The notes beneath the pieces were generated by a model. It was not told the DNA's origin. It did no database searches and was given only the letters and a program-made list of their open reading frames with translations. The translations under genes and the position numbers were made by a program. Shown one piece after another: positions 41,730 through 50,585 of a stretch of DNA of 64,000 nt (position 1 is its first letter; each line of letters opens with the position of its first letter). Source of the DNA: an uncultured Haloferula sp. (GTDB taxonomy: Bacteria; Verrucomicrobiota; Verrucomicrobiia; Verrucomicrobiales; Akkermansiaceae); contig CBFGTS010000004.1 of the NCBI GenBank assembly GCA_965652295.1, positions 128,001 to 192,000 of the forward strand, read 5' to 3'.

Positions 41730-42929
41730 ATGGCGACGATCGCCGTTTTGGGCACCCTCGACTCCAAGGGGGCGGAGCATGCCTACCTCGCGGAACGGAT
41801 TCGCGAGAGAGGGCACGAGACGCTGCTGATCGATGTCGGCAGTGGAGGCCCCCCCACGGTGGCTCCCGATATTTCCCGCGAGGAAGTGGCCGCGGCCGCG
41901 GGCTTGGATTTGGGCCCGTTGCTGAGCCGCCACGACCGGGGCGAATGCGTGACCGCCATCGCGGCGGCGGCACCCGTGATGATCGCCGGGCTCGTGGGTG
42001 AGGGCCGGATTCACGGCCTGATCTCCGCTGGAGGCGGGGGAGGAACCGCGATCGGAACGGCGGTGATGCGTCAGCTGCCGCTCGGGTTTCCGAAGCTGAT
42101 GGTTTCCACGCTCGCGAGCGGGAACACGTCGCCCTACGTGGGAACGAGCGACTTGGTGATGATGCCCAGCATCGTCGATGTCGCGGGTTTGAATTCCGTT
42201 TCGCGCGGCGTGTTCGCACGGGCCGCGGGGGCGATCTGCGGCATGGTCGAAGCACGGATCGAGTCGGACGAGGCGAAACCGCTCGTGGTTGCGAGCATGT
42301 TCGGCAACACCACCGGGTGCATTGAGGAGGCGAAACGGATCATGGAGGAGGCCGGCTATGAGGTGCTGGTTTTCCACGCGACCGGCACCGGCGGGCGGGC
42401 GATGGAGGCTTTGATCGCAAGCGGCATGGTCGCGGGCGTGCTGGACCTCACCACCACGGAATGGGCTGATGAAATGGTCGGCGGAATCCTGTCGGCGGGT
42501 CCGACACGGCTGGATGCGGCGGCTCAGGCGGGAATCCCCGCGGTGATCGCGCCGGGTTGCCTCGACATGGTGAACTTCGGCGAGCGTTCCAGCGTGCCCG
42601 CGCGGTTCGAGCGGCGGAATTTTTACATTCACAATCCGCAGGTGACCCTGATGCGGACCTCGGTGGAGGAAAGCAGGAGTCTCGGAGAGCTCCTCGCGCG
42701 CAAAGCCAACGCTTACCGTGGCCCGGTGGCGCTGGTCCTGCCGGAGGGCGGATTGAGCGCGATCGGGGAAAAGGGTGGTCCTTTTCACGACGGGCAAGCG
42801 GATCAAGCCCTGTTCGACGCCGTGGAACGAGAGGCGAGGATCGAGGTGAACCGTCGCCCGGAGGCCATCAATGACCCGGGTTTTGCAAAATTTTGTGCCG
42901 AGCGGTTGCTGAGTATGCTCGATCGGTGA
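41730..42929 (+). CDS. Tm-1-like ATP-binding domain protein (UPF0261)
   Basis: GTLDSKG.E, GGGGGT, LPLGFPKLMVST, SMFGNTT, FHATGTGG, DLTTTE, DMVNFG, HNPQVTLMRT. Confidence 0.9.
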   Translation: MATIAVLGTLDSKGAEHAYLAERIRERGHETLLIDVGSGGPPTVAPDISREEVAAAAGLDLGPLLSRHDRGECVTAIAAAAPVMIAGLVGEGRIHGLISAGGGGGTAIGTAVMRQLPLGFPKLMVSTLASGNTSPYVGTSDLVMMPSIVDVAGLNSVSRGVFARAAGAICGMVEARIESDEAKPLVVASMFGNTTGCIEEAKRIMEEAGYEVLVFHATGTGGRAMEALIASGMVAGVLDLTTTEWADEMVGGILSAGPTRLDAAAQAGIPAVIAPGCLDMVNFGERSSVPARFERRNFYIHNPQVTLMRTSVEESRSLGELLARKANAYRGPVALVLPEGGLSAIGEKGGPFHDGQADQALFDAVEREARIEVNRRPEAINDPGFAKFCAERLLSMLDR

Positions 42930-43023
42930 GGCGAATGCGCATTTTTTCGCCCTGCTTCTCCGGACGGGTTCATGCAGAGCCTGATTTTCAAATGGTTGCG
43001 GCTGGTGCTGTTAACCAACCTTG

Positions 43024-43571
43024 ATCAAAGCGAGAACCGGACTTTCGTTTGATGAGAAAAATCTGCTGACTTTGAAAATCGCTCTCGCAAGAGCCGATAG
43101 AAGTCAGGGATGACGAGCTTCACTCCAACCCGGGTCCCGATGAGAGGTGACTTCGATCTGGGGGGAAAGAGCTGCCTTGAGGTTGCACTCGGGTGGAGTG
43201 GGCTCGCGTTCCCTGTTCCGGCTTGCGCCAGGGGCGGGAAAAATCGTTTTACCGAGCTGGTTCTCGAAAGAGAGCCCACGGCCTTGGATGCCACCGTGGA
43301 AACGAAGTCGGGGGACTTTCGTCACGCGGATGAGCCCGCCGTGGGTTTAACGACCGGCATGTTTGTGGACAGCGCCGTGGAGGTTCGGGGGAACCATTCC
43401 GGCGCCGTCCAATCCTTCTCCACAGAGAAGCCCGTCCTGAATTCCTCCTGTGGGACCCGGCTGGGGGGCTGGGCCAGGGAGTGGGCTGCTTAGCGGTGCC
43501 CGCAGGACGGGCAATGAAGATGGGACCGTGCGAATTCGGGGGAAGACGCACGAGTCCCATCTTCCTTTTTT
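43024..43571 (+). ncRNA. Candidate large structured ncRNA of serial hairpins, five with GGGG loops
   Basis: About 11 consecutive stems, a GAAA tetraloop (43259-43276), G-U pairs on the + strand, terminal stem followed by T6; no credible ORF. Confidence 0.7.
43517..43571 (+). terminator. Terminator of the candidate ncRNA, convergent with msrB
   Basis: GAAGATGGGAC...GTCCCATCTTC followed by CTTTTTT. Confidence 0.75.
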
Positions 43572-43601
43572 AAAGGAGACGGCAATGTCCCGGGCGGAGC
43601 C

Positions 43602-44150
43602 TCACTCCTTGGTCGAATCGGCCTTCGGGTCTTCGGCGGGAACGAACTTCAGGACCGTGCCATTGATGCAGTAGCGTTGATCGGTCGGAGTGTCGAAGCC
43701 TTCGCCGGTGAAGACGTGCCCCAAGTGGCCATCACACACAGCACAGAGGACCTCGGTGCGGGCGTAGCCCAGCTTGTAATCGGTGGAGGTCTTCACGTTC
43801 CGGGCGTTGGCGGGATCGTAAAATGACGGCCAGCCACAGCGACTGTCGAATTTCTCCTTGGAGCTGAACAATTCGGCTCCGCAGCCGGCACAGTAGTAGG
43901 TGCCTGCGCCCTGCTCCTTGAATTCCTTGTAAACCGTGCCGCTGGGGGCCTCGGTGGCGGCCTTGCGCAGGATGGCGTATTGCTCGGCGGTGAGCTCCTT
44001 CTTCCACTGCTCGTCGGTTTTTTCGACGGGAGCGGTTGGCTGTGCGGGTGGGGTATCAGAGGTTTCCATGACGGTTGGTTTCGGAGATTCGTCGCCACAC
44101 GCGGTCAGCGGCAGGCAGGCAATGAGAAGGGGGAGGAACGGCAACTTCAT
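43602..44150 (-). CDS. msrB: Peptide-methionine (R)-S-oxide reductase, lipoprotein
   Basis: GTYYCAGC, KFDS.CGWPSF, RTEVLCAVCDGHLGHVF, RYCIN; lipobox LTAC. Confidence 0.94.
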   Translation of the reverse strand: MKLPFLPLLIACLPLTACGDESPKPTVMETSDTPPAQPTAPVEKTDEQWKKELTAEQYAILRKAATEAPSGTVYKEFKEQGAGTYYCAGCGAELFSSKEKFDSRCGWPSFYDPANARNVKTSTDYKLGYARTEVLCAVCDGHLGHVFTGEGFDTPTDQRYCINGTVLKFVPAEDPKADSTKE

Positions 44151-44239
44151 GGGGTCATCATGGAGCTGGTGAGCGGTTCGTGCAAGCGGCCCGCAGTGTT
44201 GGGAATTGCCGGCCGGGTGGGGCGGGCACAGGATCGGGC

Positions 44240-44590
44240 ATGTCCGATTCAATCAAGGAGCTGACCCGCCGGGTGCTGGAGTTTTCAACCGCAAGGGAAT
44301 GGGACGCCTACCATAATCCCAAAGATCTGGCGGTGGCGGTGGCCGCGGAGGCAGGCGAGCTGATGCAGCATTTCGTCTGGCAGCAAGGGGAGCAGATTGA
44401 GCGCCGGGTGGCGGAGCGGCGGGACGAGATCGCCGCGGAAATGGCCGACGTGGCGATTCTCCTGATGGAGATGGCGGAACGTTGCGGCATCGACCTGGCG
44501 GATGCAGTGCGGGCGAAGATCGAACTCAACGAAGGTCGCTATCCGGTGGAGAAATCCCGCGGCAACAATCTCAAGTACAACCAGCTTTAG
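44240..44590 (+). CDS. MazG-like nucleotide pyrophosphohydrolase (dCTPase type)
   Basis: REWDAYHNPKDLA....EAGEL, EMADV, KIELNEGRYP. Confidence 0.9.
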   Translation: MSDSIKELTRRVLEFSTAREWDAYHNPKDLAVAVAAEAGELMQHFVWQQGEQIERRVAERRDEIAAEMADVAILLMEMAERCGIDLADAVRAKIELNEGRYPVEKSRGNNLKYNQL

Positions 44591-44610
44591 CGAAGGCGGG
44601 CACCGTACGC

Positions 44611-44772
44611 AGAAAGACGCGAGTCGGATTCCCCCCGGATTCGCGACTCACGCCTTTTCTGAGCCCGGCTCGGAACTGTGGCTCCGACGAACCGATTTGA
44701 CCTCCCCCCGGAGTCCAAAGCGATCGTCTGGCGGAACTCAGATCCGACGGACATGTGCCGAAGCACGGAGGG
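44611..44772 (-). ncRNA. Candidate small RNA with two GGGG-loop hairpins
   Basis: On the - strand: C(UUCG)G hairpin (44755-44766), GGGG-loop stems around 44704-44709 and 44631-44636, G-U pairs favouring -, upstream TTGCAA-N17-TTTATT. Confidence 0.6.
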
Positions 44773-44942
44773 AATAAAGGCGCGATATTTCGGTTTTGCA
44801 AACTATAAGTGCAAGTGAAGCTGGGGTGGATCTACGTAATGGCGGGGGAGCAGGCGATTTCAGGGGGCGGAGCGGTGCGGGGGAATTTTAGAGAGACAAG
44901 GTTGCGGGGTGGAGGGTTTTACGGGACAAGCACGCAAGCAGC

Positions 44943-46652
44943 ATGACCGAATTGTTGATCGATCCCGCGAGGAAGAGTGGATGTGGGGAACTGAAAAAAC
45001 TTGAGGAAGTGGTGGAGAACGCCGCCGTCCGGCAGCGTTCTCCCATCGACGATCTGCTCGATTCCGGTCTGGTGGACGAGGAGCCTTACATGCGGGAACT
45101 CGCCGGGAGCCTGGGCATGGAGTGGCTGCCGAGCATCACGATGCCGGACGCTCCGCTGCCTTTGCGCGAGGCCTGCGGTCCACGGGTGGCCCTGCGCCAC
45201 CGCTTGTTGCCGGTGGCGATCGTGGGGGACGAGGATCATCCTCGCCTGAAATTGGCGACTTTTGACCCTTTCAATCTCATCGCCCGCCAGGAAGTGGCGC
45301 GGGAAATCGAGATGCCGGTGGAGTGGGTCATGGCCTCGCGCCGCCGTATTCATGAATCCCTGCGCCGTCTCTATGGGGTGGGGGCGGACACTTTCGAGCA
45401 GATCCTCGAAGGCCGGGACATGGATTTCTCCAACCTCGAAGCCACCGACGAGGCGAACGTCATCGATGCCGATGACGATGAGGAAGCCAGCGTGGTCAAA
45501 TTCGTCAATCAGATCATCCGCGAGGCGCTCGATCAGAAGGCCACGGACATCCACGTGGAGCCGCTGGCCGACAACCTGCGGATCCGCTACCGGCTCGACG
45601 GCCGGCTGGTGGAGGTGACCGTGCCGGAGAACATCAAGGCGCTGCAAAGCTCGGTGATCGCGCGTCTGAAGATCATGTCGCGCCTCGACATCGCCGAGCG
45701 TCGGCTGCCGCAGGACGGACGGATCAATCTGGAGTTCCAAGGGCAGACGATCGACGTGCGGGTGGCCACGGTTCCGACGGTGGAGGGGGAGAGCATCTCG
45801 CTCCGTCTTCTCAACCAGCAGAAATTCAACGTCGACCGCCTCGGCATGGAGTCTTTTGTCCGGAAGCGGATCGAAAGCCTGCTCAAGCTGCCGAATGGCA
45901 TCATCCTGATCACCGGGCCGACCGGCTCGGGCAAATCCACGAGCCTCTATTCCTTCCTCAGTGAGATCAACAGCCCGGACCAGCGGATCGTGACCATCGA
46001 GGACCCGGTGGAAAACAAGCTGCCCGGCGTGATGCAGATCGCGGTGAAGTCGGACATCGGCCTGACTTTCGCCGCCGGTCTGCGGTCGATCCTGCGGGCG
46101 GATCCGAACACGGTGATGATCGGGGAAATCCGCGACCTCGAAACCGCGGAGATCGCCATCCGCGCGTCTCTCACCGGTCACCTGGTGTTTTCCACCCTGC
46201 ACACGAACGACGCGCTCGGAGGCATCAGCCGTCTGACGGACATGGGCGTGGAGCCATTCCTCGTCTCCGCCGCGGTGCGGGCCTTCCTGGCGCAGCGGTT
46301 GGTGAGAAAACTCTGCGACCACTGCAAGGTGCCCCGCGAGGTGACCCCGGAGGATCGCAAGGAACTCGGTATCCCGCCGGAGATCCAGGGCCAGGCCTAC
46401 GACTCGGTCGGTTGCGATCGCTGCCGCGACACCGGATTCCTCGGTCGGCTTGCCATCTATGAAGTGGTGGTCATCGGTGGCGTCATGCAGGACCTCATCG
46501 CCCACGGCGCTTCGGCGGCGGACATCCGCAAGCAGGCGGTGAAGGAGGGCTATATCCCGATGCGCGGATACGGCTGGTTCAAGGTCATGCAGGGGCTGAC
46601 CACCATGGAGGAAGTGATTTCCGTGACCTCGACGGACGCCGGCGGAGCCTGA
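44943..46652 (+). CDS. Type II secretion/type IV pilus ATPase (GspE/PilB family)
   Basis: ATDIHVEP, LDIAERRLPQDGRI, GPTGSGKST, TIEDPVE, LRADP...GEIRD, TGHLVFSTLHTN; Cys4 zinc motif. Confidence 0.94.
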   Translation: MTELLIDPARKSGCGELKKLEEVVENAAVRQRSPIDDLLDSGLVDEEPYMRELAGSLGMEWLPSITMPDAPLPLREACGPRVALRHRLLPVAIVGDEDHPRLKLATFDPFNLIARQEVAREIEMPVEWVMASRRRIHESLRRLYGVGADTFEQILEGRDMDFSNLEATDEANVIDADDDEEASVVKFVNQIIREALDQKATDIHVEPLADNLRIRYRLDGRLVEVTVPENIKALQSSVIARLKIMSRLDIAERRLPQDGRINLEFQGQTIDVRVATVPTVEGESISLRLLNQQKFNVDRLGMESFVRKRIESLLKLPNGIILITGPTGSGKSTSLYSFLSEINSPDQRIVTIEDPVENKLPGVMQIAVKSDIGLTFAAGLRSILRADPNTVMIGEIRDLETAEIAIRASLTGHLVFSTLHTNDALGGISRLTDMGVEPFLVSAAVRAFLAQRLVRKLCDHCKVPREVTPEDRKELGIPPEIQGQAYDSVGCDRCRDTGFLGRLAIYEVVVIGGVMQDLIAHGASAADIRKQAVKEGYIPMRGYGWFKVMQGLTTMEEVISVTSTDAGGA

Positions 46653-46666
46653 TTTTCGGAAACGCG

Positions 46667-47962
46667 ATGCCCTCATTCAACTACAAGGCTCTGGGAGCCA
46701 AAGGTGCGATGCAGACCGGTTTGGTCGATGCCGGAGACCGCGGCGAAGCTCTGCGCTTGTTGGAAAAGCGGGGCTTGCAGCCGGTGCGCCTCCAGCAGGT
46801 CACCTCCGAATCCGCCGCGCGGACCAAGGAAAAAGCGGCGAAGAAAGCTCCTCCGAAGCGACCGAAGGCCCAGCCGGGCGCGAAACCGGCGGAGGCCTCC
46901 GACACCACCGGCCAGCTTAAGCTCAAGCGGCAGGACGTGGTGCTTTTCACCGAGGAGCTCTCCGACATGCTCGGTGCCGGGCTCCAACTCGAGCCGGCCC
47001 TGCGTGCGATGGAAGGCCGCCAGGAGCTGGGCTCGCTCAAGGACGTCGCCCAGCGGATCCGCAACGAGGTGCGGGACGGCACGAACTTTTCCGTAGCGTT
47101 GAAACGGGTGAGCCCGAGTTTCGGCCCGCTTTACTGTTCGCTGGCGGCGGCGGGCGAGGCCTCGGGCGCGCTCGATACCATTCTGCGCCGCCAGGCGCAC
47201 TACCTGAAGACACTCGCCGAGCTCCAGGCGCGCTTGATTCTGGCGATGATCTACCCGGCTTTCCTGGTTCTGGCGGGCATCGGGGTTTCGGTGGTCTTTG
47301 TCACCATTCTGATCCCGCAGCTCACCCAACTCATCGAGTCCGCACCCGGCGGCAAGCTGCCGGGGCCGATCCAGTTGATGGTGACGGTCAGCGATCACCT
47401 CGGCCTCTATTGGTATGTCTATCTGATCCTCGCCGTGGCGGCTGGACTGTTTTTCAAAGCGTGGAAGGACAACGACGCGAACCGGCCGACCTGGGATCGG
47501 ATGAAACTGACGCTGCCCCTGGCCGGGCCGGTGATCTCCAGCCGCTTCTACGTTCAGTTCCTGGAAACGATGGCCAATCTGGTGGGCAATGGCCTGCCGC
47601 TTCTGCGGGCCCTGGAGCTTTCCCGCGATGCGACCCAGAACCTCGCGCTGCGCAGCTCGCTGAATGACGTGATCGATCAGGTCGGCGACGGTCGGGCGCT
47701 GTCGAAGGCCATGGTCCGCACCGGAAATTTTCCGCCGCTGCTGATCGACATGGTGGCGGTGGGCGAGCAGACAGGGAAGATCGACCAATCGCTCCGCCGC
47801 GCCGCGGAACGCTACGACCGGGAGCTCAACAAGGACCTCAACCGCATCATGGCGCTGATCATGCCGACCATCCTGATCATCATGGCCTTGATGATCGGCA
47901 CCATGGCTTACCTGATGATCAACGCGATCTTCCAGACCATCCAGAACCTCAGCGGCCGCTGA
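46667..47962 (+). CDS. Type II secretion inner-membrane platform protein (GspF/PilC family)
   Basis: AGEASGAL, AMIYP, FPPLLIDMVAVGEQTG. Confidence 0.93.
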   Translation: MPSFNYKALGAKGAMQTGLVDAGDRGEALRLLEKRGLQPVRLQQVTSESAARTKEKAAKKAPPKRPKAQPGAKPAEASDTTGQLKLKRQDVVLFTEELSDMLGAGLQLEPALRAMEGRQELGSLKDVAQRIRNEVRDGTNFSVALKRVSPSFGPLYCSLAAAGEASGALDTILRRQAHYLKTLAELQARLILAMIYPAFLVLAGIGVSVVFVTILIPQLTQLIESAPGGKLPGPIQLMVTVSDHLGLYWYVYLILAVAAGLFFKAWKDNDANRPTWDRMKLTLPLAGPVISSRFYVQFLETMANLVGNGLPLLRALELSRDATQNLALRSSLNDVIDQVGDGRALSKAMVRTGNFPPLLIDMVAVGEQTGKIDQSLRRAAERYDRELNKDLNRIMALIMPTILIIMALMIGTMAYLMINAIFQTIQNLSGR

Positions 47963-47995
47963 CGTCGCACGCTCGACAAAGCTGGCGGGTTTCTG

Positions 47996-49507
47996 TTGGA
48001 TGCGATCATCCTTGCAAGCTTCCACACACAGGTCGCGTCGGCGATTGGGGCAGCTATCCTGCTTGTGGCGGGACTGTGGTTGGTGGCTCGCTTGATTCTC
48101 AAGCCAGCGGGAAAAAGACCGGGGATGGTGTTCGACTTCGCCGCAGCGGCGATTGCCATCTGGGCCTCGGGAGTATGGTTCTTTCCCGGTCAATCATGAG
48201 TCGGTCACGCCGGTGCGGTGGCTTGGGTCGCAGGGGCGATGCTGGCATGGTCCATCCTCGATCGCCTGATCTTTTCCGCCCATTTCCATAAGAATCGGAA
48301 AGTCCAGGTGCCCGCGATTTTGCGGCAGCTCATCGGCGTGGCGGTGCTGATGGCGGCCATCAGCCTGGTGCTGACACTGGGTTATAAAAAGGAAATCACC
48401 GGCCTGATCGCGACTTCGGGAATCGCGGCGGTGATCGTCGGTTTTGCGATGCAGGACCTGATCTCCAACGTGATCGCCGGTTTCAGCATTCACATGACCC
48501 GCGCCTACAAGGTCGGAGATTGGCTGTTGCTCGACGACGGACGTCGCGCGGAGGTCAGGGAGGTGAACTGGCGTTCGACGCGGCTGATTGACAACGATCA
48601 GGTTTCGTTCGAGCTGCCCAACAACGAGATCGTCAAGGGGCGCATCGTGAATCTCAACCGGCCCAGCGACGAGCATGCGATCCGGATGCGGTTCGGACTC
48701 GACTACGACGTTCCTCCGAGCGTCGCCAAGGCGGCGCTGCTGGAGTCGACGCGCGAGGTGCAGGGCTTGCTGGGGAATCCGGCTCCCAACGTGTTTCTCG
48801 TGGAGTTCGCCGACTCGGCGATCATTTATGAACTCCGGGTCTGGATGCGGCAGGCGCGGCTGTTCAACCAGTGCTGCGACCAGATCCGCACGAACCTCTG
48901 GTATGAACTGAAACGGCGGAACCTGCGCATTCCGTTTCCCATCCGCACGCTGGAAAAACGGACCCCGAACGTCCCGGCGCATCTGGAGAGGGCGCAAGGT
49001 GGGGCCGTGGACACGGTGCGCTCGTCCGGGGTGCTGGCATGCCTGTCCGAGGAACAGGCACGGGAGTTGGTCAGGGCGGGGGAGATCCGACTCCATGGGG
49101 ACGGCGAGGCGATCGTCCGGCGCGACGAGGAAGGCAGCTCGATGTTCGTGGTCCTCGACGGGCGGGTGGCCGTGACCGCCAGGAGCGAGTCCGGCGGGCG
49201 GATCACGCTGGCGCAGCTCGGGGTGGGCGAATGCTTCGGGGAAATGTCGCTGCTCACCGGCGAGAAGCGCTCGGCGACGGTCCGGGCGGAGGGCGACGTG
49301 CTGTTGCTGGCGATCCGCAAGGAGCATCTGGCACCACTCCTCGAGGAGGTCCCCGAGCTGGTCGAACGGATGAGCGAACTTCTGGAACAGCGCCATCTGG
49401 CGACCGTCGAGGCGCAGAAGGGCGGTGCGGCGTGGTCGGGCGCTGACAAGCTGGCCGGCCCGCGGGTCTCGCTGGTGCGGAGAATCCGCTCGTTTTTCGG
49501 AGGCTGA
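47996..49507 (+). pseudogene. MscS mechanosensitive channel with C-terminal cyclic-nucleotide-binding domain, interrupted by in-frame TGA at 48197-48199
   Basis: ORFs 47996-48199 and 48218-49507 share one frame. MscS motifs GFAMQD..SN..AG, YKVGDW, NWRST; cNMP motif FGEMSLLTGEKRSATV. Confidence 0.7.
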
Positions 49508-49512
49508 CGCTC

Positions 49513-50445
49513 TTAGTCGCGGCGCGTCAGTTCGACGAACACGTCTTCCAGAGTTGATTCCTTGCGGAACAGGCTGCGCACCGGCCATCCCTTGCGGACG
49601 GCGAGTTCGTGGATGCGCTCGCGGGCGTCCGTGCCTGAATCGACGAGGACCTCGATGGCGGCCCAGCCGTCTTCGAGGTCGGAGTGGTTGACCCGCTTCA
49701 CGTGGTCGAGTTGCCCGATGGCTTCAGAAATCTCGGTGGCGTCACCGAGCATTTCCACATGGACCTTGCCGGCGGCGCGCATGTTGTCGACCAGGGCTTT
49801 CGGTGTGTCCTGAGCCCGGATCGTGCCGGAATCGATGATGATCACCCGGCCGCAGGTCATCTCCACCTCGCTGAGGATGTGGGTGGAAAGGAGGATCGTG
49901 TGGGTGTCGCCGAGGCGCTTGATGAGTTCACGGATCTGCCGGATCTGGTTCGGATCGAGGCCGTTGGTCGGCTCGTCGAGGATCAGCAACTGCGGATCGT
50001 GGACCAGGGCGTCGGCCAGGCCGACCCGTTGGCGATAGCCCTTGGAGAGGACTTTGATCATCTTGCGGCGGACCGATTCTAGACCGCAGGTTTCGATGAC
50101 GTGATTCACGCGCTGGCGGGTCTCGCGCGGGCTGAGGCCCTTGAGGCGGGCGCGGAATTTGAGGTACTCGCGGACCCGCATGTCATCGTAAAGCGGCACG
50201 TTTTCCGGCATGTAGCCGATCTTGCGGCGGGCGTTGATCGAGTCGCGGAACACGTCGCAGCCGCCGATCTCGATGCTGCCGGAAGTCGGCGGAAGGTAGC
50301 CGGTGAGCATGCGCATGGTGGTCGTCTTGCCGGCACCGTTCGGTCCGAGGAATCCGACGATCTCCCCCTGGCCGACGGAAAAGCTCAGATCGTCCACGGC
50401 CGTGTGGCGCGCGAACCGCTTGGTGAGGTCTCGGACTTCGATCAT
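49513..50445 (-). CDS. ABC-2 type ATP-binding protein (GldA-like)
   Basis: GPNGAGKTT, LSKGYRQRVGLA, ILDEPTNGLDP. Confidence 0.92.
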   Translation of the reverse strand: MIEVRDLTKRFARHTAVDDLSFSVGQGEIVGFLGPNGAGKTTTMRMLTGYLPPTSGSIEIGGCDVFRDSINARRKIGYMPENVPLYDDMRVREYLKFRARLKGLSPRETRQRVNHVIETCGLESVRRKMIKVLSKGYRQRVGLADALVHDPQLLILDEPTNGLDPNQIRQIRELIKRLGDTHTILLSTHILSEVEMTCGRVIIIDSGTIRAQDTPKALVDNMRAAGKVHVEMLGDATEISEAIGQLDHVKRVNHSDLEDGWAAIEVLVDSGTDARERIHELAVRKGWPVRSLFRKESTLEDVFVELTRRD

Positions 50446-50585
50446 GTTGGGAAAGGCTCGATTTCCGCAGCTTTTGAGAGGTGTTCGGTTGACGCTGCGC
50501 GGGAGGCCCCTTACCTAAGCGCTGCGCGGCGGGGGCCAAGCGGGAAATGCAAGTCCCCCGGCCGCGCAAGTCGCATCCGTTGCTC

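Noticed and set aside
43037..43050. RNase P-like GAAAGTCC on the - strand (also near 43313)
   Set aside because: No matching 3' P4 strand, and structural cues favour the + strand.
43298..43340. Hammerhead-like GAAAC-stem-GTC followed by CGGATGAG
   Set aside because: CTGATGA core is absent and there is no room for stem I.
43375..43400. c-di-AMP (ydaO) riboswitch-like CGGGGGAACCA
   Set aside because: Other conserved elements (GCTGAATCC, GGGGTGAAT, TCAGCTAAC) are missing and there is no downstream co-oriented gene.
43110..43493. 127-aa ORF inside the structured region, ending WAA like a tmRNA tag
   Set aside because: No recognisable domain and the region is better explained by RNA stems; no tmRNA tRNA-like 5'/3' ends were found.
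44820..44920. G-quadruplex upstream of gspE
   Set aside because: The G runs are separated by long, irregular spacers; not distinguishable from high-GC background.
48197..48235. Selenocysteine recoding of the TGA via the downstream hairpin
   Set aside because: The position is a loop between TM helices of a channel with no redox-Cys context; a Trp codon mutation is simpler.
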